DNA from: Bugula neritina
Taxonomy: Eukaryota > Animalia > Bryozoa
Reading direction: 5' to 3'
Assembly: GCA_964035545.1 (NCBI GenBank)
Contig: OZ037771.1
Span: forward strand, 6,357,190 to 6,421,189
DNA: 64,000 nt
The notes beneath the pieces were generated by a model, which saw only the letters and a list, made by a program, of their open reading frames with translations, had not been told where the DNA came from and did not search any database. A program made the translations under genes and the position numbers. Shown here in pieces: positions 13,200-24,956 of the stretch. Every line of letters begins with the position of its first letter. Within the stretch, counting starts at the first letter, position 1.

Positions 13200-13400
13200 C
13201 TTGGACTTACACAGGATGTTGTGATTTGTACATGGCCGATGTTTCTAAGTAACTAACTGAGTATCATTGACCCGTTCATTCCGCATTGACCAATCAACTA
13301 TCACAGCAAAAGGTACCCTGCAATAGGTAGATTGAAAAGTAGAAAAGCGCGTATTAAATTACGATACGTTAAAGGCTTGCATAAAATTGGTAGCAGTTTT
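13200..13400. promoter_or_regulatory. Probable bidirectional promoter TTC29/THAP with RFX X-box-like site and CCAAT box
   Basis: Locally CpG-richer; GTTTCTAAGTAAC at 13241-13253; GACCAATCA at ~13288; minus-strand donor (gtaagt) at 13210 and plus-strand donor-like sites near 13312 and 13326. Confidence 0.55.
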
Positions 13401-14232
13401 AACTGTTTGTAGTTATCTTCTCAAAACTTCTTCTTGACAGACTTACTTTTCAAACTTGGATGAAGAAGATAACTCTAAGTCATAGGACATTATAAATCTA
13501 AGTTTTCGCCACACCGCATACTAAATTTCTTTCAACACCAAAACATAGTTGTAAGCCACTACGTCTACGACTACTGGTCACATTTGCTTAGTGTTCATTT
13601 AGTTTAACTTTGTGTGCCTGTGGCTTCAACAAAATTTAATTTCACAATATTGAATGAATTACAGTAGTAATTCTATTAAACTGTATTTAAAATTAAAGCG
13701 GAATGATTACAATTACGCCTCATGAATCACTAGTATGAGTATCAGTATGAGTATGAGTATGCCGCTATCACTCTAAGTCTAAGTCTTAGTCTATGGCACT
13801 ATGCCCTATCACTATGGTATTCAATTTCTTTAAAGTTTATCTTACAGTTAATGTTATTGAATTTAATATTCATTGTGATTGTCATTATAATTATCATTAT
13901 CAGTATAAATATCAATATAAATATGAATATAATAATTATTATTAATAATCATAATGATAATAATATTATAATTATTTAATCATAATCATAAATATAACCA
14001 TTGTCTTTAAGTTTAAGTAATCATTATTGTGATTGTGACATTCAGTTTCACTCGATATTGAATAACTAAAAGAATTTGATTATCAATAAATTATATGATT
14101 TATTAATATCATTTTGACTGGTGAGTTCTGACAGTTAATGTTGTTAATATTTGTTTACTTAACACTCAAATTCATGACTAAAATTTAAATCACTAGTTAT
14201 GACTTAGAGTTTAGCTTAGTTTTAACTCTTAT

Positions 14233-14342
14233 AAAGTTTATAGTCTAGGTCACCATCCCTGTGAGAAAACCCCAGGTGGAAGGTGTTTTTATTAGATTGG
14301 GCTAAGGACTTATTGAGATGGGGTACAGGAGCAGTTTTGACT
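14233..14342 (-). mobile_element. tRNA-derived SINE, 3' fragment (copy 3)
   Basis: Reverse complement of the SINE tail (tcaccatccctgtgagaaaaccccaggtggaagg...ttgggctaa). Confidence 0.75.
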
Positions 14343-14837
14343 CTTATAAGTTGTAAGTTAAAATAAATGTTTATAACTATCAGGTAAAGTAAATAAACTA
14401 TAATTGAACTATAAGTAAATTCAATATAATACTAATAGACAATAGATATAGTAGTATTAATAGTAATAGTAATACTTTATTACTTTATACCTCATTATCA
14501 TATTTGTAAATCATTATACATAAAAATGAAATATGATGATAGTCATGATAAGATTATTATTATGATAGTGGTTAATATTAATTATCATTGTAATTGCTAC
14601 TATCAAATTCAGTAGTGGCACTATTAATAAACTCAGGATTATGAGAAATTAATGATATTCATAATGACAATAGTTATTGTTAGAACATCACAAAACTAGC
14701 TAAAGTGTGCTCCTAATATAGAATTTTTTTTCCTAGCGATTTTGCAATTGTTGACATATCTATAATTATAATCTGAAAAATATACTATGTACAATTATAA
14801 ATATACAACTATAACCATAAGCAAGGCAGTTTTTGAT

Positions 14838-15365
14838 GGTGTCATCCCAGATAGACGCTTCCCAGTTAGATGCTAGGCTAAGTTTCCCACTTTGATGCTT
14901 CCCACATGAATGCTTCCCAGTCAGACGCTGTTTATTTATTTTAGTACAATATAATTATATGTATTTTATGTGTAATTTATTTGAATATTATTGAAATGTA
15001 TGTATTGTATATTTAAATAAATTTAGATCAATTGTTTGCTATTTAGCACATAAATAAATTCCTTTGATTTGCATCAAATTATTAATTTTGCATTTTCTAT
15101 ACTTCTTATTGTTTAAAAAAATAATATTTCTATAAGAAGTATTTATTAAACACAATGTCTATTATTAATGTATTCCTGTTTTTTGTCTCACAAAAACTTT
15201 TAAAATTTAGAATACTTTCCAGATAATTCATATTAACAATTATTTCATGTTTAGCAATCAATGCAACAGCTATAAACGTATATATAGGTATATTACTATA
15301 AGTTACATATCGCACCAAACTAAAAAATAGTGTCTAACTGGGAAGCGTCTAAGTGGGATGAAACC
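14838..15365. mobile_element. Non-autonomous TIR element (MULE- or Merlin-like) with perfect 8-bp TSD
   Basis: ~38-bp TIRs (GGTGTCATCCCAGATAGACGCTTCCCAGTTAGATGCTA / TAGTGTCTAACTGGGAAGCGTCTAAGTGGGATGAAACC); TSD TTTTTGAT at 14830-14837 and 15366-15373; subterminal GCTTCCCA repeats. Confidence 0.85.
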
Positions 15366-15623
15366 TTTTTGATTTACTTTTAGTTCTGTTCTTTCATCTT
15401 GGAGTAAAATTGCTAGAACACAACAGTAATAATATTTTAAGTTAATTGTAGTATTTATTCTGGTAACCATACCTACTGTAATTATTATGCTAATGGCTAG
15501 GATTCAATTTACAAGTAATTCTGGTCTATCAATATAAATTAACCCATTCTAATAACATATAATCAGTAACTTTTGGCAACAAATAGCTTTATACATAAAT
15601 GGTTGTTTACTTCACTAGTGAAC

Positions 15624-17765
15624 ATGGTTAGTTCATGCTGTGTCAGAGGGTGTACAGAAAAGTTTGTGAAAGGGGGAGGAGTTAGCTATTTCAGAATTTC
15701 AAGTAAACCGGAAGTGCAGAGAAATGCCTGGATATTAGCATTAAAGCGCCAGGGATGGATTCCTAAGCCTCATCATAGAATATGTAGCCGCCATTTTGTC
15801 ACAGGTACCTCAAGAGTTAACTATAAGATAGGATGGTGAAATTATGCTTAGCAGTTGGTATTTTGAATTTTATTGGTGCAAACTAGTATTAAGTGTAAAG
15901 CAACCATTCTGCAAGCACATAATGTACAAATGTAGTAGTTCTGTAGAAGACAACTCTTTGGCTTGTAGGGAATGTTTAGGGTTGCTGCCCCATGCGTTGG
16001 TCACATAAAACATTTTATATTAATACAAGGTCAGAATAATCAATAAACTTGCATTTATCTTCATAATTACCACTGAAAATTTCAAAGCTGGAAAAGGTTG
16101 TGTCTCATTAAAAGTTTTTTTTTCACGAACTTAGTAACTTCGTGAAGTTACTAACATATTCTATCTGTCTAAGATAACACAGCTTCTTGTTAATGCTATA
16201 CCTTTTCACTGGTTAATGATCAACATCCTAAACATTTTCTAGTGCAAATTTGAGTTTAGCAATTTCTTAGCAACTAATATGGCAAAAGTGAAAATGATTT
16301 TTACTGTATGTGTTAAAGGGACATGGAACTCTGACCCTAACCACATAGACTATATTCCAACTCGAGGTATGAACCAAGAGGACGAGATGTCGGACGCTGC
16401 TTTAAATGACGACAGTTTAGATATGTCGCTGATGGACTCTGAGTCTACAATGAATCACACTGCTGCCTCACCTGTAACTGCCACTAGCATAGAGACTAAC
16501 ACTCCTAGTCCAGTCACCGCCCACTCCCGATTACCCAACTTGAACTCCAATCTACCATCTCAGCTGCCTTACAGTCATAAACCAAGAAAAGCTCCCCGGA
16601 AAAGAGCTTTTCCTCATAAATGGTCGAGCTCTCCTAAGCTAACCTCCAGCAGATTCTGTGAACATCGAGGTATGACATTTAAAGATTATCCTACATGGTG
16701 TGTTGGTAATAGTTTTGGTACGATATTAGCTACACCCTTAAGTTGCCATATATGGTATATTTTAGAATAAGATAATTTTGATTAATTTCACTGCGTTTTC
16801 ATTGCTTTGAGTGGATATGGATGCTTGTAGGATGGATTTGTGGTTGCGGTTTGCATTAACTTATGGTTGTGGTTTCATTCGATGTCACTGTTCCCAAACA
16901 TCGAATGAAAACTTCATTTGCATAATTCGAAGTAGTGGAAACGCAGTGATCAAATTTCTAGTGATAAAAGTCATTTTAAATTTTCTTCTGCTTTTAGTTG
17001 TTATTGAAGAGTTTTAAACAAACTTCCAACATTAGAATGGTGATAATATTTTTGGTTGTTTTAGATGCTCACAGAGTGTGCTGTAGAGTCATACGAGAAC
17101 TGGCCGAAGAAAATCAAATACTTAAAACACAGGTTACTTGTATTCTCTTAGAAGTGGAGAAATTGAAATCTCAAACATTAGATTCACAAATTACCAATTC
17201 ATTTAACACAGTCTCTCAGGTAATTATGTAACACAAGATATAAGCAATTAGAACATCTTGTTGGTGTATTGCTACAACTTTTTGTCATCATGTTGGTTAT
17301 TTTATCATGAAAGAGCAGTATGGCCGTCTCAAGTACGATTACACACTTTTCATCATAGAGAGATTATTGATTATCACGTCTCATGTTTTAGAGTAATGGC
17401 GGCCATGACAGTCTAGCGGATATAGAGATAGTCTCAGGTGACAGTGCTGCCTCCCAGGGTTCTAACAATGACAGTGCATTAGTGATAGATGACTTAGCTC
17501 AAGGTATCTTTTCCCTTTTCCTTATTACTTTTAGTACAGCGTTGCATGAATGCAACCAATACAAAATGTACTGTAAATTAAGAGATTCCTTACTATTGTT
17601 GCAAGTTTTATGTTGGGTAGATTTTTGATAGAAATTATCTAAGGATGTTGCATCATTAATAAGTTTATAATGCATTATCAGACTTCTCAACGTTATGTTC
17701 TCTTGAAATCCTTTGCAGACACATCTACCATTTTGACAGAAGAATCGAAAGACTGTGATGATTAA
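15624..17765 (+). CDS. THAP domain-containing protein (THAP zinc finger plus coiled coil)
   Basis: Exons 15624-15804, 16319-16669, 17065-17219, 17392-17503, 17719-17765. MVSSCCVRGC...YFRI...W...R..W.P....RICSRHF...DYIPT is a C2CH THAP domain; IRELAEENQILKTQVTCILLEVEKLK is a coiled coil. Confidence 0.88.
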
Positions 17766-18987
17766 TTATTACTGCTTGACTACAGCTGGTTATATTTTTA
17801 TGAAGCTTAGTGCAGCTGTTGGGGACAGCCTAAAAACTAGTATAACCAATGTTTTGTTAAATAACCCCTATTTCTTCATCTTGAGAGAATTTTATCCTCT
17901 ATTTCATTTCTCCGTATATTGCTAGTTGGAGAACATCTTTGGCATTAAATTTCATGATGTGTCAACTTCACAGCTGGTTTTCAATGTGTCAACTTGTTAT
18001 CTCTATAATTGTTGAATATTTCTTTTTGTTGTTATTTATTTTCTTTTATTATTTAATGTTGGTATTTTTGTTGTCATGTATGAAAATTCAATAAAAATTA
18101 TATAATGATATATAACTAAATGTAAACATGTATTTTTGTGAATGTGCATCTAAACTCTGAGCATTGTTTCTGTTTGGAACTGTTTACTGGACATGAATCA
18201 CATCAGTTTTGTTGTTGCTTCCAATCTAAAATAAAATTCTTATTTGTTATATTTATATATAATTAATCATATTTCTTATAATTATATATATAGTTTATTT
18301 TACATCTGTGAGATTAGTTGAACTGTTTTATGGGCAAATGCCGAAGTAGAAGCTAATGTGAGTTTCTGAATTTTGTACTCCATATAATATTTTAAATATT
18401 CGACTGCTAATTATCATAAACTGATAGGATATCTACTGACATAAAAAACCATTTGTACAAACACTTGTTTACAACCATATGATTTTGCACACCATAAATA
18501 GTTCACTTGATAATGGTGCAAACTTGGGGAAACCCAATGCTAGATGTACTAGTTGAAGTGGTAGCAAGTTTTTCATGTTTGCATATGGTCAAATTATTAT
18601 TTCTGCAAAAGTGTAAGAAAGTTTTGATATGGAAATATAACAAATTAGTAGTGTAGGAGCTGTCATTTTATTTCCTGTTTGTGCAAGAATCAAGCTACTA
18701 CGGGTCAAGATATTATTGGTACACACCAATACATAGGATATGCTCATTGTATAGAGTAGTTTAGCATAAACGGATTGTGTTCTTTTGCAGTATTTCTGTT
18801 GGAGTTTTCTTATCTTAATTCAAGGAAACGCAATTCAGCAGAACCAATGAAACTATTGCACAGTGAGCACTCCACACTTGCAGGTAGTGATGAGCGCTTT
18901 TGCATCATCACTACACGTTTATATAACTACACTTTGTACACTTTTATCAAACACTGGCACATTTGGTGAAATAGCGACTTGTTTTAT

Positions 18988-21704
18988 TTAGTAGCAATGG
19001 TATCTCACAATGTCTGATTTTGGTACTACTTTCATGCATTTCTTACACAACACATCTGGAATTAATACACACTTTCTGCATATCACGTTCTTACAGCACA
19101 ACAGCTGATAAAACTGTTGGCTATCTTCACGGTTGGTTGAGAAGCAATGCATGCAGTGCCTTCGCTTGGGGATTGAGAGTTCAACAGTACGAAATGATGA
19201 TGATTTTGCCAGAAGTTTAGTCAGATGACTACAAATATTATCGCTTTTGTCAGCAGCAGTAGGAGCAGTGTTAGCAGAAGTGGTTAAATTACCAGTAATA
19301 GTTGCATTAGTAGTAGTAGTTGTATTAGTAGTAGTAGTTGTGTTAATAGTAGTTGTTGTATTTATAGCAGTGATTGTCTTAGTAGTAGGGGTAGTATTAG
19401 AAGTTGTGGTTGAATTAGTAGTAGTGGTGATAGTAGTAGTAGTGGTAGTGTTGGTAGTTACATTAGCACCAATTTCAACTTCTGAATTATGTTTGAAGAC
19501 TTTATAAAGATTCACTGATGTAAGCCGAGAGGTTGAATTATAAGACTCTTCATTCTTACGTTTTAATGTTCCAGTAGTTTTACCAATAGAAATATCCTTC
19601 ATCAGTACATATTTATCAATTCGTTCTTTCAGTAGAGTGTTTGTCAAAGGATAACTAGATTCTGTGAAAGGTATTCCAGTAAACGGGTCGGATGGGTTAC
19701 GGCCCCAACCTTTCTCAACAGCTACATGCCGGTCTAGCGTACTCTGGTCTATGGTATACCCAGAAGGTAGAGTTACAGGAAGAGACATGATCTCACAAGT
19801 TATGGGGTCTATGAAATCTGCTGGAGTTACCTTCTCCTCCTCGTTGGTATGGTTCACACGTGGTGCACTGACAACAGGTGGTGACTTTGAAGTATTTACA
19901 GTCTCACTCTTATTTGGCAACGGAGTGAGAGATTTGAAAAACTCTTTGGAGTGAAGAGAACCAATTATTTGAAGACAGCTGATAACAGGAAGTCCGCCAT
20001 TAAGAGTGTGAGTAATGCGAATCATTACGTGCCTAGCGTTGTTGAGAAGAGTTCGGTCATGTGATACGAGTGGAAAAGACTGACCCTCTGCGCTGCATAC
20101 CTCACCTACTGTTCTGTATCTGTGGTTGATGAAAATAACTTCACCTGGTTTGACATTGTAGCATCTGCCAATTCGCTTGTAGACTGGGTGCTTACTTGGC
20201 TCCATATTATTAGACAGACTGTAAGATAGGATCTGAAATGTAATAAATTACCTAAATAATATTAATGGTAATAATAATTGGTATTAACAACAAAATTTGA
20301 TTAAATAATGGAATAATTAAAATATTGGTCTATCATGTATATATTCAATGTGTGTTACAGACATACAAACCTCAAAACTGTCAGATGTGAAGCTTCCGGA
20401 AGTATTATTAATAATAATAGCTTTTACTCTAATCGAACATGGAAACTTTACTACTAGATTAACTGGTGGTTTAACAAATCTCTCAGCCATAAATCCTACA
20501 AAATAGGTATTGATTTTTAAAGAAAATAATCTACATAAGTAAACATAGAAAAAGAATAGATGTAGAATCTATAACTGGTCAGAATTTTTTAATTCGTGTG
20601 CGATTTGTGACTTTCAACTATAAACTAAGACGCATAACCGACAATTTTCAACAAATGACGTTTTTTCAAATAATAGGAGTTATCTTCTTTCCAAAGGATG
20701 AGGCAAAATGCTACAAAAATATGGTTTAACATGATAAATGCGCCACATCTAAGGCTGCTGTAATGCTATTTGTGCACCATATGACATAATAAATCATATT
20801 TAACTTGTAAAACTATAACTGAGTTTTAAAAAATTCAACTTTGCAAGTTTTGCAAATATCCTTAACAATATTTCTATTACTTGTTTATGCAATCTAGCTA
20901 AATGCAAACGGCATGTTTAGGTCAACATTAGTTGTTCCTCAGATAGACTTCCATAAATAAAAAATAATTATTCATCAGGTTTCTTAGCTTGGAATTAAAC
21001 TCAATTCAACTATCAGGTGCAACAAATCATTATATAATGTTTAAAAACAATTACAGCTGATAAGTTTTAACAAAACCAACTTTGACGAAAAGTCATTATG
21101 CCAAAATTGGTACCGCAAGTTTATATAAGTTATGAAGGAAAAAATTTGCCGTTTTTGTTATTTTTTGGTATTTTATGTGTACACTTTTTTAGTTTTGTTT
21201 ATTGGTAAAGTTTTTAAACACATTTTTTATGCATATAACATTGAAAAAAATTTGAAATGAAATGAAATAGAAATGAAATAATCAATGTTGCTAAAAATCT
21301 ATTGACCAATCAAATGGTACTTATCTTCGATTGTGATTTTTCGTCCATCGTCATCGCTGGGTGTACACAACGATGACGATTTCGTTTGAATTCCCTCAAA
21401 TTTTCTCGCACGAATGTTTTTTTCGTGTCAAATAGACGATTTCGTGTGATTCTCACGATCGTGTGGCCAGGCCTTTAAACCTATTTAGCCAAAACCACAT
21501 GCACACCAACAATTATATATAAGTTTATTAGACTAAAATAAATAAAATCCAACATTTACCTGGTGATGAATTTAGACTACATGGATAGTTTAGCAAATTT
21601 TTAGCCATTCTACCATCATAGCAGGGTTTATCACAAGTAATGTCAACATCCCTCATCAGTGGTAACAAATTCATTGGAGTCAAATTGCTACACGCATTGG
21701 CCAT
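18988..21704 (-). CDS. UBOX5: U-box domain-containing protein 5 / RING finger protein 37
   Basis: Exons 21704-21560, 20495-20371, 20232-18988. N-terminal GFMAERFVKPPVNLVVKFP, U-box PADFIDPITCEIMSLPVTLPSGYTIDQSTL...GRNPSDPFTG, C-terminal RING-like region ending DIVRYH. Confidence 0.93.
21326..21478. mobile_element. Probable PIF/Harbinger-like MITE end fragment
   Basis: CpG-rich patch in an AT-rich intron ending CACGATCGTGTGGCCAGGCCTTTA, similar to Harbinger-type termini; no matching left TIR found. Confidence 0.35.
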
Positions 21705-22279
21705 TTTAAAGGGTGTCAGAGAACATTTCTAAAACAGATTGAACTTGTCTTTTAAAAAAGGGTCATCTGATAACAACTACCAAGTCTAACTCAAATTTAG
21801 TTAAGTAGTAGAAAGATCAAATAAAAAATATTATGATGTTCAAGATTTAATTTGATTTACTATAGTAAAAATAGTTGAAATGAATAAAGAAAGGGTACTT
21901 ACATATTATCTGTCAAATTCATCTAACAAAATAAAACTAGCTACCAAGGGCTGTATGTTTGTCAAATTCTGCCCAATGTTGATTTAGTACAATTTAGTGT
22001 ATGCTTCAACTATTTTTAAAACTCTGCTAGAGAAACTCATAAATTACTTCATAGTTATGCACCAAATTCTGCAAAAACACTTCCATAAGAATGTACTATG
22101 CATGTTGACAGAAAAATAAAACCAAATATACCTCAATTACCTAGCCTGTTCCTTGAGGAAAATCTCTAAAATATAAACCAGTAAAAATATATTTATTGAC
22201 ATCAACATGTATGGGACTAAAACTACTCTATTATTTATAAGCAAAAATTCATTTGTAACTCATTTATATCACATAAATA

Positions 22280-24510
22280 TAAATATAATCAACCAATGAA
22301 ACTTATGCTTACAATAATTATTATTATTATAATAACCATAATGATACATACTGAGTTAGCAAATAGTAGGTAAATAAAAACTACCATTACCATGAACTCA
22401 AATCAAAATTCAAATTTAAACATAATATTGATAACGACATCTACAATTATGATATAGATGTCATTATATAAAACTAATATCATTAATTTTATTTAGCTTT
22501 TATCTATTACTATAATATTAACTGTCGTAGTCTAGGGGTTAGAGCATTTTCTTAGTAAACACAAAGTCATGGGTTTGAACTCCAACAAAGGCCATTGGTG
22601 CTGTTAGGAAGAGCATTCATTCATAAATGCTCCTGTGCCACATATGAATAAGGCCTGAGCCTGATTTAAAAGACCCTTTCCACCAGGGGTTCTCACAGGG
22701 ATAGTGACTATAAACTTGCCGGATTTTACTCAATGGCTGAATATTTTATATTTATTTGACTCTCACCAACAGCTGCTTACGTGGTGTCTTGTATATAATC
22801 AGTAATGATTATGGAATAAATAATGGCATTGGATGTTCTTATTTAGTCAGCAAATGGTGATAATTCTGACAGTGCATGTTCAACTCTTCATGTAAGCTAT
22901 TTTATACTTATATTATTATTTATACTCATATTGATTTAGCCTAGTTATAGTAAAACTGAACCAAATGCAATAAGTTTTACACTTTCATTTTAATTTTTAG
23001 TTAAACTAACTACTATTACCTAAAGTTAGTATTTTTATTTTACTACTTATACTTATAGTCATACTTATACTAATAGTAATACTGATACTAATAGTAATAG
23101 GCTAATAGTAATACTAATAGTAATACTAATACTAATAGTAATAGTAATAGCAATACTTATACTAATACTTGGTCTTATAGTTAAACTATAAATATAATTA
23201 TTACTTGTACTTATACTTATACTTATAGTTATACAAATACTAATAGTCTAATTATAATAGTAATACTAGCTATCATTAATATGTCTCTTAGTTTTGCTAG
23301 TAAAACACAATACTTTAATGTAATAACAATTATTGTAATAACATGAATTATGGATATTTCGAGTTCGTTAACATTTTAATTCATATTATTCATTTAGGAA
23401 AGCGGAATTCGGTTACAAATATTTTAACTTGACTCTTCTTGGTAACGCCCTATATATAGGTCATTGAAAGCAGCCGACAAAGAATCTACTACTAAGTCAA
23501 TGGCAGTGATAATATCATTTTGCTAGAAAAAGATACACCCACTGGTGGTACTACTAACCAATATTCACTGCGTTTTATCTCTTATTTAGTCTTTACATTT
23601 ATTGCTACTATAGTGCAGTTACTTAGTATAATTTACTTTCTTACCTATGTTTAATTTGCAATCAAAAGTTGCTCGACAGGCTGTAGAACTAGAAGTAGAA
23701 GTAATTTAACTGATTTGGCTGCAAGTAAAAATAAAAGTAAAAGTAAATCACTAAATGTTCCTGAAGCCAATCTTGACCTTAAGTTTTGGGATTAATGGTT
23801 TTTACGTAGTTGTCATGTACATGCTATCACAAAATAGCCATTGACTTTAGGTGTGTAAATTCTGCATCTCTCTAGACCTAGTTATCAAACAATATAATTT
23901 GAATTATATCAATATGAATATGGCTTTAAAACAAAGTCACCAAATCGGTTCATTGATTTTATCAAATTGAAATTGATGACTAACTTTAAGCTTTGCAGTT
24001 TAAGCAGCACTAACTATGCTTGAAGTTGACACTATAGAAATACCTATACTGTTTAAATTTATATTATAATAATTCATCATTATGAATATTATTTAAATAA
24101 GTTTAATAAAATAATGTAATTATAAATTGATAATATTAATATTTTGTTGGTTCTGGTGGTACCATAAATCTGAAGCACAATCAGGTTTTTAATTTTTCAA
24201 AAGTGGGTATCATGCTTATTATTATCTTTAAAGCAAAGGTATGGTCATGTGCACATTTACTAAAGATTATCTTCAAAAAATATGTTTATTTGGTTGTGCT
24301 GGTAAAACTTTATACTTTATTGCCACTATGACTATGGTTTTGTCTATCAGTATTATCGTAATACTAATACTTATCATTTATTCTAATAGTAATACTAACA
24401 CAAATAGCAAAATATTACTATTAGTTTAGAAACTATGGTTTAAGTTTCAGCTATCATGCTCATAACTATTGATTGATTTTCAGTTTCAATTTAACATCAT
24501 TATGGAATTT
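22280..24510. repeat. Degenerate 6-bp-period arrays flanking the UBOX5/HORMAD promoter
   Basis: (ttatac/ttatag)n and (taatag/taatac)n at ~23040-23280; tagaac tagaag tagaag and taaaaa taaaag taaaag at ~23684-23750; actatg actatg and aatact aatact at ~24325-24430. Confidence 0.65.
22522..22729 (+). mobile_element. tRNA-derived SINE, copy 2
   Basis: Colinear with 5950-6167 (tagtctaggggttagag...ggtttgaactcc...aggaagagcat...ctcacagggat.gtga.tataaacttgc). Confidence 0.85.
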
Positions 24511-24640
24511 ATATTGTTTTTGTAGACCTATACCTAGGACTGGTGTCAGTGGTCCTGTGTTCTTCCTGATAATTATCGTTATACTGCTGCTGTTATTCAT
24601 TCAATTATCTTCATTGTGATTGTGTAAGCTACTGAATAGT

Positions 24641-24825
24641 ATGTCTGCTACTGCTCAATGTATGAAGCCCAGCAAATCTGAAGTGGTAAGTTAGGTTTTC
24701 TGGGTAATATAAGATAAAATATATTTGTTTTAATTTATGTTGATTTTTTATATATTTGTATTTGTTGTAAGCCAGGTTTTAGTTCTTATTCAAATTATAT
24801 TACCATAAGGATCCAGGTCACAAAA

Positions 24826-24884
<59 letters not shown>

Positions 24885-24920
24885 CACATGAAAACACACA
24901 CACACACACACACGCTCACA

Positions 24921-24956
<36 letters not shown>

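Larger units (their letters stand above)
12960..14690. repeat. Degenerate 6-bp-period arrays flanking the TTC29/THAP promoter
   Basis: tatcaa tatgaa tatcaa tatgga tatgac (~12967-13000); agtatg agtatc agtatg agtatg and ctaagt ctaagt cttagt ctatgg (~13733-13815); further tracts to ~14690. Confidence 0.65.

Noticed and set aside
14838-17765. THAP gene as part of a P-element transposon bounded by the nearby TIRs
   Set aside because: The TIR pair closes at 15365, before the gene; ends are GG..CC rather than CA..TG; the gene has no transposase catalytic domain.
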